A stretch of DNA of 64,000 nt from an uncultured Nitrospiraceae bacterium. GTDB taxonomy: Bacteria; Nitrospirota; Nitrospiria; Nitrospirales; Nitrospiraceae. The notes under the pieces are model-generated. The model was not told where the DNA came from and ran no database searches. It worked only from the letters and a program-made list of their open reading frames with translations. Below, piece by piece: positions 8,912 through 17,762 of the stretch. Location: positions 1,024,001-1,088,000 of the forward strand of contig CAVPLT010000004.1 in the NCBI GenBank assembly GCA_963706325.1, read 5' to 3'. A program made the position numbers and the translations under genes. The number at the start of each line of letters is the position of its first letter. Positions within the stretch are counted from its first letter, which is position 1.

Positions 8912-10498
8912 ATGGCCACCAACATGCAGCCGTTTCTCAACGTAGTATCCAGCGCGGCGAGACAGATACCTTCTGAGGTTCGAGCGCGAAATGAAAGCAT
9001 GCCCCGCAGCTCATTCCCCGATCGTTTCGATAATGTGCTTGGAAAGGCCGAGGCGCGCCGCGGGTCCGCTCAACCGTCGATCGCCGCCCGATCCAAACAT
9101 GCCGAGCGACGCCACACGTCTACGCCTGCTCCCACGCATTCTCCGACGCGTTCATCGGGCGACACATTGTCTGGACCCCCTGCCGATGCCCGCCAGGAGA
9201 AGATTTCAAGTAAGAGCGACTCGAATCAAAGCCAGGAAGTTTCGGACAACGGACAGGACGAGCAGTTAACCAAGGTCCGCAAAAAGGCCACGCAGCCAGA
9301 CACCTTGTTGCCTGAGGAATTGCTTACTGCTGGAATAGCCACGCAGGTCCCGATGGAAGAATTGACGGCAAATCAAAAAGAATCGCCCTCCGATGAGACG
9401 GTCCAATCCGCGGATCCGACAGTCGGGAAGGTGACGTCGGCGCCCGCCACGAGTCTTCCATCTACCGATACTGAGTCAGGTGCGACAGTTTCAAGTGTCG
9501 CATCAGTCATACCAGACCAGAGACCGGGGCAAGCGTCGGGTGATGCGACGGCGAGCGGCGAGGTGAACCGGGCGGCCGGACAGGCCCCATCCTCCGATGC
9601 GCCTTCCACAGAAACCGGCAAAGACGATGCCCAGCAGGTTGTCGAAGCTGAGAATCAAGAGACATTACATGAAATCCCGACGAGTTTGAATGAGACTTCG
9701 ATCAAGGATGGTCAGATAGAGCAGGACAAATCCAAGTTGCTGGCTGCAGCGGGCAACGCACACATGACCGAGAAAGCGCTGCGGGGATCCAATGCTCCGG
9801 ATCCCGGCGATCTTCAGTCACAGTTCGACTCGGTCATGCGAGTGAACGACATTTCCAACAGCCAGAATGCATCGAGTGCGGGACAATTTGCCGGGAACGG
9901 TTTCTCCTTGTCGTCAGATGCGCGAAGTGAACAGGATCCCCCTAAGTCCAACCTGCTGCCCTCAGAGGATAACAGCCTTCGACCGCAATTCCTCGATCAG
10001 ACGACCGGAGTCAGTCCGTCCGCTCCTCCCTCCGGGGACGGCCGGGCTGGACGAAGCGAAATGGGGCAGCCCACACCAATTCATGCATCCGAATCTGAAC
10101 GGATCAGCGAGCTTCGAGGGACTTTTTCTTCCGCGCAGTCGGTCACACTGGACTTGGATCCCCTAGACATGGGACCGCTCCGGGTCCGCATCATGATGAC
10201 GGATCAAACGGTCCATGCGCATATTCGCACCGAACATGGCGAGCTAGGGCAGGGACTCTTGCAACAGGGGCAGTCATTGGAGGCCTCACTCCGGACAACA
10301 GGTCTGGAGATGGGCATGCTCCGTGTGACGGTGGATCAGCAACAACAAGGACGGGGCGATAATGCCTGGGCATTTCAGCAACAGCCGAGTCGACCGGGAA
10401 CTGCCTCCGGTCCGCCTTCGGCGCCGGGAGAATCGGAAGCCGTGTCGCGACGAGAGTATGCGGTTCACAACAACGGACGAGTGAGCTTTTTCGCCTGA
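8912..10498 (+). CDS. fliK: Hook-length control protein FliK
   Basis: Long S/T/P/A-rich low-complexity region plus C-terminal 'LDLDPLDMGPLRVRI...LEASL' FliK domain; start placed downstream of the sigma54 promoter. Confidence 0.85.
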   Translation: MATNMQPFLNVVSSAARQIPSEVRARNESMPRSSFPDRFDNVLGKAEARRGSAQPSIAARSKHAERRHTSTPAPTHSPTRSSGDTLSGPPADARQEKISSKSDSNQSQEVSDNGQDEQLTKVRKKATQPDTLLPEELLTAGIATQVPMEELTANQKESPSDETVQSADPTVGKVTSAPATSLPSTDTESGATVSSVASVIPDQRPGQASGDATASGEVNRAAGQAPSSDAPSTETGKDDAQQVVEAENQETLHEIPTSLNETSIKDGQIEQDKSKLLAAAGNAHMTEKALRGSNAPDPGDLQSQFDSVMRVNDISNSQNASSAGQFAGNGFSLSSDARSEQDPPKSNLLPSEDNSLRPQFLDQTTGVSPSAPPSGDGRAGRSEMGQPTPIHASESERISELRGTFSSAQSVTLDLDPLDMGPLRVRIMMTDQTVHAHIRTEHGELGQGLLQQGQSLEASLRTTGLEMGMLRVTVDQQQQGRGDNAWAFQQQPSRPGTASGPPSAPGESEAVSRREYAVHNNGRVSFFA

Positions 10499-10509
10499 TC
10501 GGAGGACCT

Positions 10510-10803
10510 ATGGATTTTAGTAATGTCATTACCCAAACGCCGGCCGTAGATCCCACGACGACGCAGACGGTGAATGGACAGAAGATACTGGGGCAACAGG
10601 ACTTTTTGAAGATGCTGCTCACGCAGCTTCAGAATCAGGACCCGCTGAAACCAGTTGAAGACAAGGAATTCATCGCGCAGACCGCGCAGTTCTCTCAATT
10701 GGATCAGATGTCGAAGCTGGTGTCCCTGATGGAGAAGAGCGTGGCGCTGCAGGAAGCGGCTCAAGGCAAAGACACCGAGGGATCCACGTCCACGACAGCG
10801 TAA
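10510..10803 (+). CDS. flgD: Hook capping protein FlgD (short form)
   Basis: 'DFLKMLLTQLQNQDPLKP..FIAQTAQFSQL'. Confidence 0.92.
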   Translation: MDFSNVITQTPAVDPTTTQTVNGQKILGQQDFLKMLLTQLQNQDPLKPVEDKEFIAQTAQFSQLDQMSKLVSLMEKSVALQEAAQGKDTEGSTSTTA

Positions 10804-10877
10804 AGACGAGTCACGTGAGGGATTGGCCTGACACAGGAATGCGCTAACACGAGTATCGGAACAAGGAGGACGGCAGC

Positions 10878-12101
10878 ATGGGTATTCTCACATCGATGTT
10901 CACCGCAGTCACCGGCTTAAGCACATACGGCAATGCCATGGGCGTCATCGGCAATAACATCGCGAATATCGGAACAGCCGGGTTCAAGTCCAGCCGAGCG
11001 ACCTTTGCGGACCTGATTTCATCCAGCATATCGGGTGCAAGCGGCGGTGGACAGGTCGGCCTTGGAGTCTATATGAACGATGTCCAGACTAATTTTTCGC
11101 AAGGGTCGATGACGACTACCGGAAATACGTTCGATCTGGCGATCGATGGCACCGGCTTCTATCTCTTGAGAAACGCTTCTGGAATCAATTTGTACTCTCG
11201 AGCCGGACAATTCAAGGTCGATAATCTCGGACAGGTGACTGATTCCAGCGGGGCGCTGCTCCAGGGCTATCAGGCCGATACCAACGGCAACATTACCAAT
11301 ACGGTCGGAAATATCACCTTGTCGTCGAGTGCTGTGGCCCCCCAGGCAAGCACAACGGCCACGATTCTCGGTAATCTCAACGCTAGTTCGACCGTTCCCA
11401 CCGCGGCGTTCGCCGCTACGGATACCACTTCGTACAACTTCTCGACCGGCACGACCTTCTATGACTCCCTGGGAAACTCGCACCAGATGCAACTCTATTT
11501 CCGTAAGACGGCTGCCAATGCCTGGGGCGTCTATTCGCAGATCGACGGTGGAGCGGCGACCGCTCAAACCAACATGACATTTAGTGCAGCCGGAGCCGTG
11601 ACAGCCGGCGGTTCACAGACGGTCAGCGCCGTGCTGACGACCGGCGCCACGACACCGCAGACAGTGACCGTGAGTCTGGCCGGACTCACGCAATTCGGAA
11701 CCGCCTCCGGAATCATCAGCAACATACAGGACGGATTCGGCGCGGGAACACTCGAAAAAATCAGCGTGGACAAACAAGGGCAGGTGGTGGCGCAATTCAC
11801 CAACGGCCAGACCAAGGCCCTGGCTCAAGTCGTCCTCAACCGTTTTACCAATCCTGACGGGCTGCTCAACGGCGGCGACAATCACTTCAGTGAAACGGTA
11901 GAGTCCGGCGCCGCGTTAGCCGGCGCGCCCACCGTCAATGGACTGGGTCAGATCCTGTCGGGAACCGTGGAGCAGTCCAACGTAGACCTTGGCAAGGAAT
12001 TCGTAGACATGATCATCACCCAGCGCGCGTTCCAGGCCAATTCTCGCGCGATCACGACCAGCGATGAAATGTTACAGGAACTCGTCAACCTCAAGCGATA
12101 A
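10878..12101 (+). CDS. flgE: Hook protein FlgE
   Basis: 'GNNIANIGTAGFKSSR', 'YSRAGQF', 'SNVDLGKEFVDMIITQRAFQANSR'. Confidence 0.96.
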   Translation: MGILTSMFTAVTGLSTYGNAMGVIGNNIANIGTAGFKSSRATFADLISSSISGASGGGQVGLGVYMNDVQTNFSQGSMTTTGNTFDLAIDGTGFYLLRNASGINLYSRAGQFKVDNLGQVTDSSGALLQGYQADTNGNITNTVGNITLSSSAVAPQASTTATILGNLNASSTVPTAAFAATDTTSYNFSTGTTFYDSLGNSHQMQLYFRKTAANAWGVYSQIDGGAATAQTNMTFSAAGAVTAGGSQTVSAVLTTGATTPQTVTVSLAGLTQFGTASGIISNIQDGFGAGTLEKISVDKQGQVVAQFTNGQTKALAQVVLNRFTNPDGLLNGGDNHFSETVESGAALAGAPTVNGLGQILSGTVEQSNVDLGKEFVDMIITQRAFQANSRAITTSDEMLQELVNLKR

Positions 12102-12109
12102 GCAATCGG

Positions 12110-12142
12110 GTTCTGGCGCGCCCGCGTGGGGCGCGCCAGAAC
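12110..12142 (+). terminator. Perfect 14-bp GC-rich stem-loop after flgE (terminator or mRNA stabiliser)
   Basis: GTTCTGGCGCGCCC-gcgtg-GGGCGCGCCAGAAC; no U tract. Confidence 0.6.
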
Positions 12143-12149
12143 ACTGATC

Positions 12150-12162
12150 GGCAATATCTACC
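12150..12162. promoter_or_regulatory. Putative activator site upstream of fliL
   Basis: GGCAATATCTACC, one mismatch to GGCA-N5-T(G/T)CC. Confidence 0.35.
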
Positions 12163-12375
12163 TAGTCCGCTTCCCGTTCATACACCGCCGCAACCTCCTC
12201 TCGCTCGTCAACATTCTGTCGGCACAAACTATCCTCGCGTCACCTCCCTGACAAGGTTTCACGTTCGTTAACGTTCCTTGTGCCGGAGTCATGTGGTGTG
12301 ACGTGAAATACTTGTGTTTACTCATGATCCGTCGTCGGCGGCCCTTGTTGCATCGGATCGCCGTGGGCTGCCCCG

Positions 12376-12391
12376 TGGCATATGCATTGCA
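12376..12391 (+). promoter_or_regulatory. Sigma54 promoter of the fliL operon
   Basis: TGGCATATGCATTGCA = TGGCA-N6-TTGCA. Confidence 0.8.
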
Positions 12392-12432
12392 CCAATGCGA
12401 ATTCCGGTAACCACTGTTCGCAGGAGGCTTGT

Positions 12433-12966
12433 ATGGCAGAAGCGGTCGAAGAGAAGACGCCGGTAGTACCTGTGGGAATGCCCATGAAGATGGTCCTCAT
12501 TCTGGTCGGGGGGACTCTCGTCGTCGCATTAGGCGGTGCGTTTGCGATCTTTAAAATGACGGCAGGATCGTCTGACAAGGCGGCAGCTGAAGCCGCGGTT
12601 GAAAAACCAGCTGCGCATGGGGAGGTTGAGGCCAAAGGCGGGGGACACGGTGCGGTGGCCGAGACCGGCGCCATTGCCGACTTGGATCCCTTCATCGTCA
12701 ATCTCGCTGACTCACCCGAAGTGCGGTATCTCAAAGTCACGATGAAATTGGAATTGACCAACGCCTCCGCTGCCGACGAGATCACGGCTCGTACCCCGCA
12801 AATTCGCGACGCGATTCTGGTGCTACTGACCAGTCTGGATTCGGTGACCGCCCGTTCCCCGCAAGGTAAACATAAGTTGCGCGAAGACGTGACCGCACGG
12901 ATTAACGGCCTGCTGCCAAAGAAATCCGTCAAGACGGCCTACTTCACCGATTTTGTGATTCAGTAG
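12433..12966 (+). CDS. fliL: FliL
   Basis: N-terminal TM; 'PFIVNLAD..RYLK', 'IRDAIL', 'YFTDFVIQ'; RBS AGGAGG. Confidence 0.93.
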   Translation: MAEAVEEKTPVVPVGMPMKMVLILVGGTLVVALGGAFAIFKMTAGSSDKAAAEAAVEKPAAHGEVEAKGGGHGAVAETGAIADLDPFIVNLADSPEVRYLKVTMKLELTNASAADEITARTPQIRDAILVLLTSLDSVTARSPQGKHKLREDVTARINGLLPKKSVKTAYFTDFVIQ

Positions 12967-12991
12967 GGGCACGGCGCTTTTCGAGGACGTC

Positions 12992-13963
12992 ATGGACAAG
13001 ATACTGTCGCAAGAAGAAATCGATGCCTTGATGGGCGGGGTCATGTCGGGCGACGTCGACACGGATCCGAAAGAGGCCGAGGATCCCAACGGTGTCAAGG
13101 CCTACAGCCTGACCCATCAGGAGCGGATCATCCGTGGACGCATGCCCACGATGGAGATGATCAACGATCGCTTTACGCGGCAACAGTCGATCTCCTGGAG
13201 CGGGCTCTTACGGGAGAAGATCGAATTCAGCGTCGTCAGCACCCAGATAATCAAGTTTGGAGACTTCATCCAGAAGGTCCCGGTCCCTTCCTCGTTCAAT
13301 CTATTCATGATGGAGCCCTTACGGGGCAACGGCCTCTACATCATGGATGCGATGTTGGTCTATCTCATAGTGGACTTTTTCTTCGGCGGCAAAGTGCAGA
13401 CGCACGTCAAGCCGGAGGGGAGAGAGTTCACCCCGATTCAGGTGCGGTTGGTCAAGAAATTGGTTCAGTTGGCGCTACAAGACCTGGAAAAGGCCTGGCA
13501 AGCGGTCATGCAAATGAAGATCGGTTATTGCCGCACCGAGAGTAATCCTCAATTCGCCATGGTCGTGACCGCCTCCGAGATCGTCGTGGTCGTGACCTTA
13601 CAGGTCCACCTCGGAGACATCTCGCGCGAGATGTTCATCGCCTATCCGTATTCCATGCTCGAGCCCATTAAGGAAAAGCTCTACTCGGGACTCTTTGCCG
13701 ACAACGTGGAGCAGGATAGCAGCTGGGGCAGCCGTTTCAAGGATTCCCTTCAGGAGTGCGACGTGGCCTTGGCGGTACAGTTGGGAACGGCGCGGATCAA
13801 TGTGCAGGACTTACTGAACTTCACCCCCGGCGATGTCCTGATGCTTGACCAGCACCCCGGCGATCCGATGCTGTGTCTCGTGGAAGGTGACCCCAAATTT
13901 CAAGGACAGCCTGGCGTGTTCAAGGGAAATCACGCCTGCCGTGTCACGAAGGTACTGACCTAG
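12992..13963 (+). CDS. fliM: Motor switch protein FliM
   Basis: CheY-binding 'ILSQEEIDAL'; 'GREFTPI'; C-terminal SpoA domain. Confidence 0.96.
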   Translation: MDKILSQEEIDALMGGVMSGDVDTDPKEAEDPNGVKAYSLTHQERIIRGRMPTMEMINDRFTRQQSISWSGLLREKIEFSVVSTQIIKFGDFIQKVPVPSSFNLFMMEPLRGNGLYIMDAMLVYLIVDFFFGGKVQTHVKPEGREFTPIQVRLVKKLVQLALQDLEKAWQAVMQMKIGYCRTESNPQFAMVVTASEIVVVVTLQVHLGDISREMFIAYPYSMLEPIKEKLYSGLFADNVEQDSSWGSRFKDSLQECDVALAVQLGTARINVQDLLNFTPGDVLMLDQHPGDPMLCLVEGDPKFQGQPGVFKGNHACRVTKVLT

Positions 13964-13993
13964 TTCTCTCTCGGGGCAAAAGGAGATCTGCGT

Positions 13994-14368
13994 ATGGCCA
14001 ATGGCGACAACACCGCTCACTCTGGTCAGACCAATGCCGACATCGGCGAGGCGAATCCACAACCGGCGTCGTTTCCACCGGTCGATAACCAGTACGCCGT
14101 GCCGGCCAACAAGAATATCGAGTTCGTCCTTGATATTCCGCTGCAAGTGACCGTGCAAATCGGCTCGACACGCATGTTGATCAGGGAGCTGCTTCAGCTG
14201 GGACAAGGCTCCGTCATTGAGCTCAATAAACTCGCGGGAGAACCGATGGAAGTGCTGGTCAACAACAAGTTGGTCGCCCGCGGTGAAGTCGTCGTGGTGA
14301 ACGAAAAGTTCGGCATCCGGCTCACGGATGTGGTGAGCCCCAACCAGCGGATTCAGCAACTCGGATAG
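13994..14368 (+). CDS. fliN: Motor switch protein FliN
   Basis: 'LDIPLQVTVQIG', 'GSVIELNKLAGEP', 'ARGEVVVVNEKFGIR'. Confidence 0.96.
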   Translation: MANGDNTAHSGQTNADIGEANPQPASFPPVDNQYAVPANKNIEFVLDIPLQVTVQIGSTRMLIRELLQLGQGSVIELNKLAGEPMEVLVNNKLVARGEVVVVNEKFGIRLTDVVSPNQRIQQLG

Positions 14369-14421
14369 CCCGTCGACGGCATCGCGGCGACCTGGCCGCC
14401 GAGAGGAATACACGGTCGCAC

Positions 14422-14787
14422 ATGGAACTCTGGGAAAGTGTCGTTCGTATGGTGTCGGCGCTGGGAGTGGTCCTGGCATTGATCCTGGGTCTCCTGGCGG
14501 TGGCGCGCTCGGCCATAGGCCGTCGCTTTCTTCCGGAGAGCGGGGCGCCGATGATCAAGATCCTAGCCAGCAGTCCTTTAGGCTCACGAAAACAGGTCAT
14601 GCTCGTTGCGGTTGCAGGGGAGGTGTTAATCCTCGGCGCCACCGCCACAGATCTCGTGCCTCTCGGAAAAGTGACGGACCCTGAGCGATTGACACTTCTC
14701 CTAGCCGGTTCAGTTTCCGCACATTCCTCCGCAGTGCGCGCCACCGGCCATTCAGATCATAGGCAGGAGGCACCTCGTGCGTCCTGA
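14422..14787 (+). CDS. fliO: FliO/FliZ
   Basis: N-terminal TM plus 'LGSRKQVMLVAVAGEVLILGAT'. Confidence 0.85.
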   Translation: MELWESVVRMVSALGVVLALILGLLAVARSAIGRRFLPESGAPMIKILASSPLGSRKQVMLVAVAGEVLILGATATDLVPLGKVTDPERLTLLLAGSVSAHSSAVRATGHSDHRQEAPRAS

Positions 14788-15577
14788 GACCGTAGTACGT
14801 GTGGGGCCAGGGTCCTCGTCGGCTTCTCTCAGCATTCGTTTAAGTGGTCTGTGTCTTGCGCTGATTGTACTCTGTGGCCTTTGTGCAGCCTCTTCCGTTC
14901 ACGCCGAAGGGCCCTCCATCACTCTGGAACTCGGGCAGGGTGGTCCGAAACAGACAGCCGTAGTGCTGCAGATTCTGGCCCTCTTGACGGTGCTCTCGCT
15001 GGCGCCGGCGATGTTCATCATGGTGACCTCGTTTACGCGCATGGTCATCGTCTTATCGTTTCTCCGGCAAGCCTTGGGCACACAACAGGTACCTCCCAAC
15101 CAGGTGCTTATCAGTCTCGCGCTGTTTCTGACTATGTTCGTGATGGCTCCGGTGGGACAAGCTGTCTATAAAGACGCGGTGCAGCCACTGCTCGCCGGGC
15201 AGATCGGGTACGACGAAGCGTGGAATAGAGGTATCCAGCCGATTCGCGCCTTTATGCTCAAGCAGATGCGAGACAAGGATCTCGAACTCTTTCTCGAATT
15301 GTCGCATTCGCCGAAGCCTGCCCAGGTGGAACAGGTCCCGACCCACGTCATCATTCCCGCATTTATCCTGAGTGAACTGCGTATCTCGTTTCAGATCGGG
15401 TTTCTGATCTACATCCCGTTTCTTATCGTCGATATGGTGGTCGCAAGCGTGTTGATGTCCATGGGCATGATGCTGCTTCCGCCGGTCATGATTTCGCTCC
15501 CGTTCAAACTGATTCTCTTCGTCCTCGCAGACGGGTGGTATCTCGTCGTCGGATCCATGGTCAAGAGCTTCCAATAG
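14777..15577 (+). CDS. fliP: Export gate protein FliP
   Basis: 'TSFTRMVIVLSFLRQALG..PPNQVL', 'MGMMLLPP..SLPFK'. Confidence 0.96.
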   Translation: MRPETVVRVGPGSSSASLSIRLSGLCLALIVLCGLCAASSVHAEGPSITLELGQGGPKQTAVVLQILALLTVLSLAPAMFIMVTSFTRMVIVLSFLRQALGTQQVPPNQVLISLALFLTMFVMAPVGQAVYKDAVQPLLAGQIGYDEAWNRGIQPIRAFMLKQMRDKDLELFLELSHSPKPAQVEQVPTHVIIPAFILSELRISFQIGFLIYIPFLIVDMVVASVLMSMGMMLLPPVMISLPFKLILFVLADGWYLVVGSMVKSFQ

Positions 15578-15588
15578 GAGCCATACGC

Positions 15589-15858
15589 ATGACGATCGAA
15601 ACGGTGACGGAAATCGGCCGCCAAGCTATTGAAACAGCCATATTGGTTTCTGCGCCTATCTTGGGCCTGAGCCTGATAGTCGGCCTCTTGGTGAGCACCT
15701 TTCAGGCTATGACCCAGATTAACGAAGCGACGCTCACATTCGTACCGAAAGTCCTGGCAGTGTTTGCGGCCACGCTCTTATTTCTCCCTTGGATGATGGG
15801 CGTGTTGATCGCCTTCATGACCCATATCATCACCAGTATTCCCACATTGATTCATTGA
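15589..15858 (+). CDS. fliQ: Export gate protein FliQ
   Basis: 'QAMTQINEATLTFVPK'. Confidence 0.95.
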   Translation: MTIETVTEIGRQAIETAILVSAPILGLSLIVGLLVSTFQAMTQINEATLTFVPKVLAVFAATLLFLPWMMGVLIAFMTHIITSIPTLIH

Positions 15859-15876
15859 GAAGGCCTCGGACCTACG

Positions 15877-16665
15877 ATGAACGCCGCACAAACCCTGCAT
15901 CTCGCGTTGCCGCAGTTTCAGACCTTCTCCATCTTATTGGTGCGAATTGCGGGCATTATCAGTGTATTTCCGATCCTCAATACCGCCACTATTCCGACGC
16001 CGGTCAAGGCCGGCCTCGTGACCATGCTGGGCCTCGTGCTCACACCCCTCATTCAGTTGCCCAGCCTCCCCTCCGACCCGGTCATTGTCGTGGCTGGGGT
16101 CGGGAGTGAATTTTTGATCGGATTGACGATCGGACTGGCCGTGCGGCTTCTCTTTTCTGGATTCCAAGTCGCGGGCGATCTGGTCGGCACTCAAATGGGA
16201 TTCAGCGCCATTCAATTGCTCGACCCCATGAGCCATCAGAATGCCCCGCTCATCGCGCAGTTCCAGCTGGTGTTGGGGTCTTTGGTGTTTCTATCGATCA
16301 ATGCGCATTTGCTGGTCGTCCATGCCATCGGCATGAGCTTCGAACTCGTGCCGCCCTTCGGCGCCAAGTTGTCCGACAACATCGCCCGAGACATCATCCA
16401 GTTGGCCCAGAACATGCTCGGTGTCGCGCTGAAGCTCGCCGCGCCGATGTTTGCCACTTTGTTGATCGTGAATACGATTCTGGCGATTCTCGGGCGCGCC
16501 GTCCCGCAGATGAACATCTTCGCGCTGAGCTTTCCGATCACCATCGGCGCGGGACTGGTCGCCATGAGTCTCTCAATGCCATTCACGCTTTCACTCTTTG
16601 AAAAAGAGTTTATGACCCTGGCGGAAACCATCCTTGCCCTGCTCAAGGCACTAGGCCATGGCTGA
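15877..16665 (+). CDS. fliR: Export gate protein FliR
   Basis: Hydrophobic; 'QVAGDLVGTQMGF', 'RAVPQMNIF'. Confidence 0.95.
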   Translation: MNAAQTLHLALPQFQTFSILLVRIAGIISVFPILNTATIPTPVKAGLVTMLGLVLTPLIQLPSLPSDPVIVVAGVGSEFLIGLTIGLAVRLLFSGFQVAGDLVGTQMGFSAIQLLDPMSHQNAPLIAQFQLVLGSLVFLSINAHLLVVHAIGMSFELVPPFGAKLSDNIARDIIQLAQNMLGVALKLAAPMFATLLIVNTILAILGRAVPQMNIFALSFPITIGAGLVAMSLSMPFTLSLFEKEFMTLAETILALLKALGHG

Positions 16666-17740
16666 TAGCGCACAGAATCGCACAGAACAGGCGACACCGA
16701 AACGCAAAGCAGACGCGCGCGGCAAGGGCCAGATCGCCTTGAGTCGCGATGCCGTGATGGCGGTGGGATTACTGGGGAGCATGGGCGCCCTCTATTGGCT
16801 GGCACCGATCATTGTGGAACGGCTGCGCTGGACGCTTCAGGTATGGCTCAGCCAAGCCATGGAAGAATCCGCGCATCGCGCGCTGAGCCTGGATCATTTG
16901 CATGTCCTCCTCCGGCAAATCGGGATGGACGTATTCGTGACGCTTGCCCCGGTAGTCGGCGGCGTTGCGGTCATCGGGATCGGGGCGAATCTCATGCAAA
17001 CCGGTTTCCTCTGGAAGCGGGAGGGGATTGATTGGGACATCTCGCGTGTCAGTCCGATGGGCGGATTCAAGCGGCTGTTCTCTATTCGGACGTTCAGTGA
17101 GCTGGTGAAAACCTGGCTCAAGATTCTGGCGATCGGTTTCACGGGATACGTGGCCATTAAAGACGACATGTTGCAGTTCTCACCGCTCACCCAATTCGGC
17201 ATGGAGACACTCTTGCCCACCGTGGGATGGGCGACGTTCAAAGCTGCACTACTGATGGGCGGCGCGTCGTTGGTGATCGGCGCCCTCGATTATGGGTACC
17301 AACGCTTTGAATGGGAACGCGGCTTGCGGATGTCACGCGACGAGATCAAAGAGGAAAGTCGCGCGGCCGAGGGCGACCCGGCGCTCAGAGCGAAAATCCG
17401 CAGTACTCAGAAGGATATGGCCCGCAGGCGAATGATGGCCGCAGTTCCTAAGGCGGATGTGATTATCACGAATCCAACGCATTTAGCCGTGGCGCTTCGC
17501 TATGACTCCAAGGCGATGGGCGCGCCGATCGTGGTTGCCAAGGGCGCAGGCTTCGTGGCGGAAAAGATTCGGGAAATCGGCCGTCAGCACGGTGTCATGA
17601 TCGTCGAAAACAAACTGGTGGCGCGCACCCTCTTCAAACTCGTCGAAGTCGGTCGTGAGGTCCCGGAAGATCTCTATCGCGCCGTGGCTGAAATTCTGGC
17701 CTTTGTGTATCGCGTGCGCGGCAAGTTACCGCCGGCGTGA
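16658..17740 (+). CDS. flhB: FlhB
   Basis: 'TEQATPKR', NPTH autocleavage motif, 'PIVVAKG'. Confidence 0.96.
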   Translation: MADSAQNRTEQATPKRKADARGKGQIALSRDAVMAVGLLGSMGALYWLAPIIVERLRWTLQVWLSQAMEESAHRALSLDHLHVLLRQIGMDVFVTLAPVVGGVAVIGIGANLMQTGFLWKREGIDWDISRVSPMGGFKRLFSIRTFSELVKTWLKILAIGFTGYVAIKDDMLQFSPLTQFGMETLLPTVGWATFKAALLMGGASLVIGALDYGYQRFEWERGLRMSRDEIKEESRAAEGDPALRAKIRSTQKDMARRRMMAAVPKADVIITNPTHLAVALRYDSKAMGAPIVVAKGAGFVAEKIREIGRQHGVMIVENKLVARTLFKLVEVGREVPEDLYRAVAEILAFVYRVRGKLPPA

Positions 17741-17762
17741 TGCGGATGTTCATGGGGCAACG